Below are positions 60,335 to 62,901 of a stretch of DNA of 62,901 nucleotides, piece after piece. Below the pieces are notes generated by a model that saw only the letters and a program-made list of their open reading frames with translations, was not told where the DNA came from and ran no database searches. A program made the position numbers and the translations under genes. This stretch comes from Fidelibacterota bacterium. GTDB taxonomy: Bacteria; Fidelibacterota; Marinisomatia; Marinisomatales; UBA1611. Numbering within the stretch: position 1 is the first letter of the stretch; each line of letters opens with the position of its first letter. Where the stretch lies: contig JAOHKG010000003.1 of the NCBI GenBank assembly GCA_028101095.1, positions 1 through 62,901 on the forward strand. The letters are read 5' to 3'.

Positions 60335-60985
60335 ATGAAGACATTTATAAGAACACTTAAGCAAAAAACTCCAATACACAAAAACTATTATTTCGCAAAG
60401 TTGAGAAATGATGAATTAACGCTGGAAGAGTTTCAAAAATCACAACTTAACTTTTTCGATGCAGTTCTTTCATTTACAAAACCAATGTTTATAATCTCAA
60501 GCAAATTAGATTCGTACGAACAGAGACTGTTAGTTTTAGAAAATATTTTCGAAGAACATGGTAATGGTGACATAACAAAAAATCATGGAAACACATTTGA
60601 GGAGTATTTAATTTTACTTGGAGTAAATAAAAAAGAGATAAAAAACCGTAGGGTAAATAAGTCATCACAAAATTTTAATCTTTCTTTGATAGAATACTCC
60701 CAAAAAGAATCTACGTACTTTAGTTTAGCAATGATGGGAATCATTGAAGAAAGGTATTCTGAAATGTCAAAACTAATATCAGAAAAATTATTAAAAAACA
60801 AATGGCTAACAGAGGAAACGCTAGTCCACTATAAAGTTCATGAAAAATTAGACATTGAACACGCAGAGTCTTTTTATCATTTAATAAGTTCTAAGTGGTT
60901 AGATAAAAACATACGAAATGATATAAAAAAAGGGCTTCTGTTCGGAAATAATTTGATTTTAAATTTATATACAGATCTGCTTTGA
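60335..60985 (+). CDS. Heme-oxygenase-like diiron oxidase/oxygenase (HDO; CADD/PqqC/TenA-like fold)
   Basis: FEEHGNGDITKNH, IIEERY and HEKLDIEHAESF give a 3-His/3-carboxylate-type ligand pattern. Confidence 0.7.
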   Translation: MKTFIRTLKQKTPIHKNYYFAKLRNDELTLEEFQKSQLNFFDAVLSFTKPMFIISSKLDSYEQRLLVLENIFEEHGNGDITKNHGNTFEEYLILLGVNKKEIKNRRVNKSSQNFNLSLIEYSQKESTYFSLAMMGIIEERYSEMSKLISEKLLKNKWLTEETLVHYKVHEKLDIEHAESFYHLISSKWLDKNIRNDIKKGLLFGNNLILNLYTDLL

Positions 60986-60986
60986 T

Positions 60987-61026
60987 CAGATTACAATTAA
61001 TACATATTTTTTAATCTGTATTTTTA
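60987..61026 (+). terminator. Possible weak terminator after the HDO gene
   Basis: CAGATTA (60987-60993) pairs with TAATCTG (61012-61018), followed by TATTTTT. The stem is AT-rich and the loop is large. Confidence 0.25.
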
Positions 61027-61057
61027 AATATAAACCTTAATGATAATAACGAACTAA

Positions 61058-61290
61058 AGATCTTATTTTTTAAATGAGTTTTCTTCAAATTATCATGATC
61101 CAAAGAGAAGAAACTTTGACTTATATTCAGGTGATATAGATGGAACAAATATGAAGAGAATTACTTTTTTTGACGGGTTTGATGGATTCCCCATGTTTAG
61201 CCCAAAGGGAAAATATCTTGTTTTTACATCTAATAGAAATCAATTAAAAAAAGTGATACAAACTTGTTCATCGCTGAATGGAAAAATTAA
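61058..61290 (+). pseudogene. 3' remnant of a PD40/TolB-like beta-propeller gene, frameshifted
   Basis: ...DLYSGDIDGTNMKRITFFDGFDGFPMFSPKGKYLVFTSNRNQLKK, then A7 tract 61246-61252. One extra A would give SDTNLFIAEWKN with TAA overlapping ATG 61290. No 5' part is present. Confidence 0.5.
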
Positions 61291-62237
61291 TGAAATTATT
61301 TTTTAGTACTATCTTTTTTCTAAACCTTTGTTTAGCTCAATCGTCAGAAAATGTTGTAATACCTTTTGATATTCTTGACAACATTGGTGATGTTGAAAGT
61401 CTAGAAAGTTTGGACCCTGAACAATTAATGACCGTACAGAAAGCATTAGGTGGAATAAAAGTTGATGGAAAGCTTGGACCCGAAACTATGAAAGCAATGC
61501 GGGGATATTTTGCTTATTTAAAAATTTTAGAAAGGCTCAATGGTTCTATTCCAAAAGAATATATTAAAGAAGCTTTTTCTCATTCGAAGCTAGAAATTCA
61601 CAAAGAAATAGCAGATCGATTTGCTAGACCGTATGAAAAAAAGACATGGGTGGAATACAGAAAAATATTTGTAAAAGAATCTAGGATAGCATCTGGAGCA
61701 AAGTTCTATAAAGAAAACAAAAAACTTATCTCTGAAATATCGGATAAATATTCAATGGACCCATTCATCATCGTAACTATTGCAGGAGTTGAAAGTAATT
61801 ATGGTGTTCATCACTCTCAGTTTTCAGTATTTAATTCCTTATACACGCAGATTCAAGAAATGCCCAGAAGGTCAAAATGGGCTACAAAAGAACTCGCAGA
61901 GTTTTTAAAATATTGTTTCAATGATAAACTCGACCCTCAAGAGATAGGAGGTTCATATGCAGGAGCGTTTGGGTTTGGTCAATTCATTCCCTCTAGTTTC
62001 ACAAGATATTCTATCGACTATAATAATAATGGTGTAAGAGAACCCTATAGCTGGCCAGATGTTTTAGGTAGCATAGCTAATTATCTTCGCATGAATGGGT
62101 ATGAGTCAGATAGTAATAATTATGAAGAAGATGGAGACATCTGGAAAGCTATTTATGCGTACAATCATTCGGATAACTATGTTATGGCTGTATTAGAATT
62201 AACAGAAGAGATAAGAAAGAGAGCTAAAGCTGAATAA
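61278..62237 (+). CDS. Lytic murein transglycosylase (MltB/SLT_2-like) with PG-binding domain
   Basis: Signal peptide, PG_binding_1-like VQKALGGIKVDGKLGPETMKAM, catalytic region AGVESNYG...GAFGFGQFIPSSF. Alternative start is ATG 61290. Confidence 0.8.
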   Translation: MEKLMKLFFSTIFFLNLCLAQSSENVVIPFDILDNIGDVESLESLDPEQLMTVQKALGGIKVDGKLGPETMKAMRGYFAYLKILERLNGSIPKEYIKEAFSHSKLEIHKEIADRFARPYEKKTWVEYRKIFVKESRIASGAKFYKENKKLISEISDKYSMDPFIIVTIAGVESNYGVHHSQFSVFNSLYTQIQEMPRRSKWATKELAEFLKYCFNDKLDPQEIGGSYAGAFGFGQFIPSSFTRYSIDYNNNGVREPYSWPDVLGSIANYLRMNGYESDSNNYEEDGDIWKAIYAYNHSDNYVMAVLELTEEIRKRAKAE

Positions 62238-62901
62238 CAATAAAGGTTTAATTGGGGATAACAACTATTATAAAAATGTTGTTCTCAATTATGAATTGTA
62301 TAATTCTTTTTTTATAACCCTTCCTTTTGGTGGATTGAAGAATATTGGAAACCTGATCCCAATTTTAAATGAGTTTTTTACAAATGAGTTGAAAAAAGGT
62401 AAAAACCCCGAAGAAATTATTAATGAATTTTTCACTACTCATACAAACATAAAAAAAGAGTCAGATAAACATCAGTTTCTTTTTAAAATAATTCAATATA
62501 CGGAAAGACAAATAGTTTTAATTGATGCAATTGAAGATGCATATTTTTCTAAGATTAATAATGTTAGAGGAGATGGCACAATTGATTCTGTTTTTAATAG
62601 ACTAGCAGACTCAGACCTAAGAATTAAAGAAATATCAAGTGATTTAAAAAAGTTTTCCTCGAGGATTGTATTAACCGCACATCCTACTCAGTTTTACCCA
62701 AGTAGAGTTCTTGGAATTATTGATGAGTTAAAACATAAAATTGTATCTAATGACCCATCTGCAATCCGGGATGTTTTGATTCAATTAGGTTGGACACCTT
62801 TTTTCAAAAAAAGAAAACCATCTCCTTTTGAAGAGGCTTCAAAACTTGTTTGGTATTTAGAAAACGTTTTTTTTCATGTCTCCTCTAATTTATTAAAAAA
62901 C
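62230..62901 (+). CDS. ppc: Phosphoenolpyruvate carboxylase, 5' partial (runs off the window)
   Basis: Hand translation of frame 1 gives ...YELYNSFFITLPF...RIVLTAHPTQFYP (PEPC signature VLTAHPTQ). There is no ATG/GTG before the conserved N-terminal block, so the start is uncertain (CTG 62230 or ATT 62251). Confidence 0.8.
   Translation, partial: MNNNKGLIGDNNYYKNVVLNYELYNSFFITLPFGGLKNIGNLIPILNEFFTNELKKGKNPEEIINEFFTTHTNIKKESDKHQFLFKIIQYTERQIVLIDAIEDAYFSKINNVRGDGTIDSVFNRLADSDLRIKEISSDLKKFSSRIVLTAHPTQFYPSRVLGIIDELKHKIVSNDPSAIRDVLIQLGWTPFFKKRKPSPFEEASKLVWYLENVFFHVSSNLLKN

Overview
AT-rich (about one-third G+C by eye), very gene-dense bacterial chromosomal window. Many genes are joined by ATGA, TAATG or TGATG stop/start overlaps. 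It covers the replication-origin neighbourhood. rpmH-yidD-yidC-mnmE-mnmG-mfd and two SurA-like PPIases run on the minus strand and diverge from dnaA-ssb on the plus strand; two DnaA boxes sit on the dnaA GTG start. A dnaN-recF-DUF721-gyrB-gyrA-yggS block lies about 14 kb to the left, also on the minus strand. The left third holds the E. coli-type pyruvate dehydrogenase operon (aceE-aceF-lpdA), a run of secreted or lipoprotein hydrolases (S45 acylase, M1, M16, Met-zincin), a MATE pump and psuG. The peptidase repertoire and weak Shine-Dalgarno signals suggest an FCB-group-like marine lineage, but this is inference only. I recognised no rRNA, tRNA, CRISPR array, transposase or integrase. The most interesting parts are: (1) an operon encoding a eukaryote-like ether-lipid route (alkyl-DHAP synthase, HX4D acyltransferase, SDR) led by an HMG-CoA-reductase-like enzyme; (2) a BtaA-like / GNAT-like / heme-oxygenase-like diiron oxidase cassette flanked by two gene remnants; (3) a four-gene envelope operon of unknown function with shared motifs and a divergent HTH-PAS regulator; (4) an RsbW/RsbV-type partner-switching pair fused operonically to a GAF-GAF-PAS adenylate cyclase with no sigma factor nearby; (5) an outer-membrane barrel gene broken by a G10 tract and two TGA codons; (6) an identical 14-bp perfect palindrome centred on the GTG starts of two consecutive genes; (7) three genes whose conserved N-termini lie upstream of any ATG/GTG/TTG. 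All functional calls come from motif recognition by eye; no database search was run.
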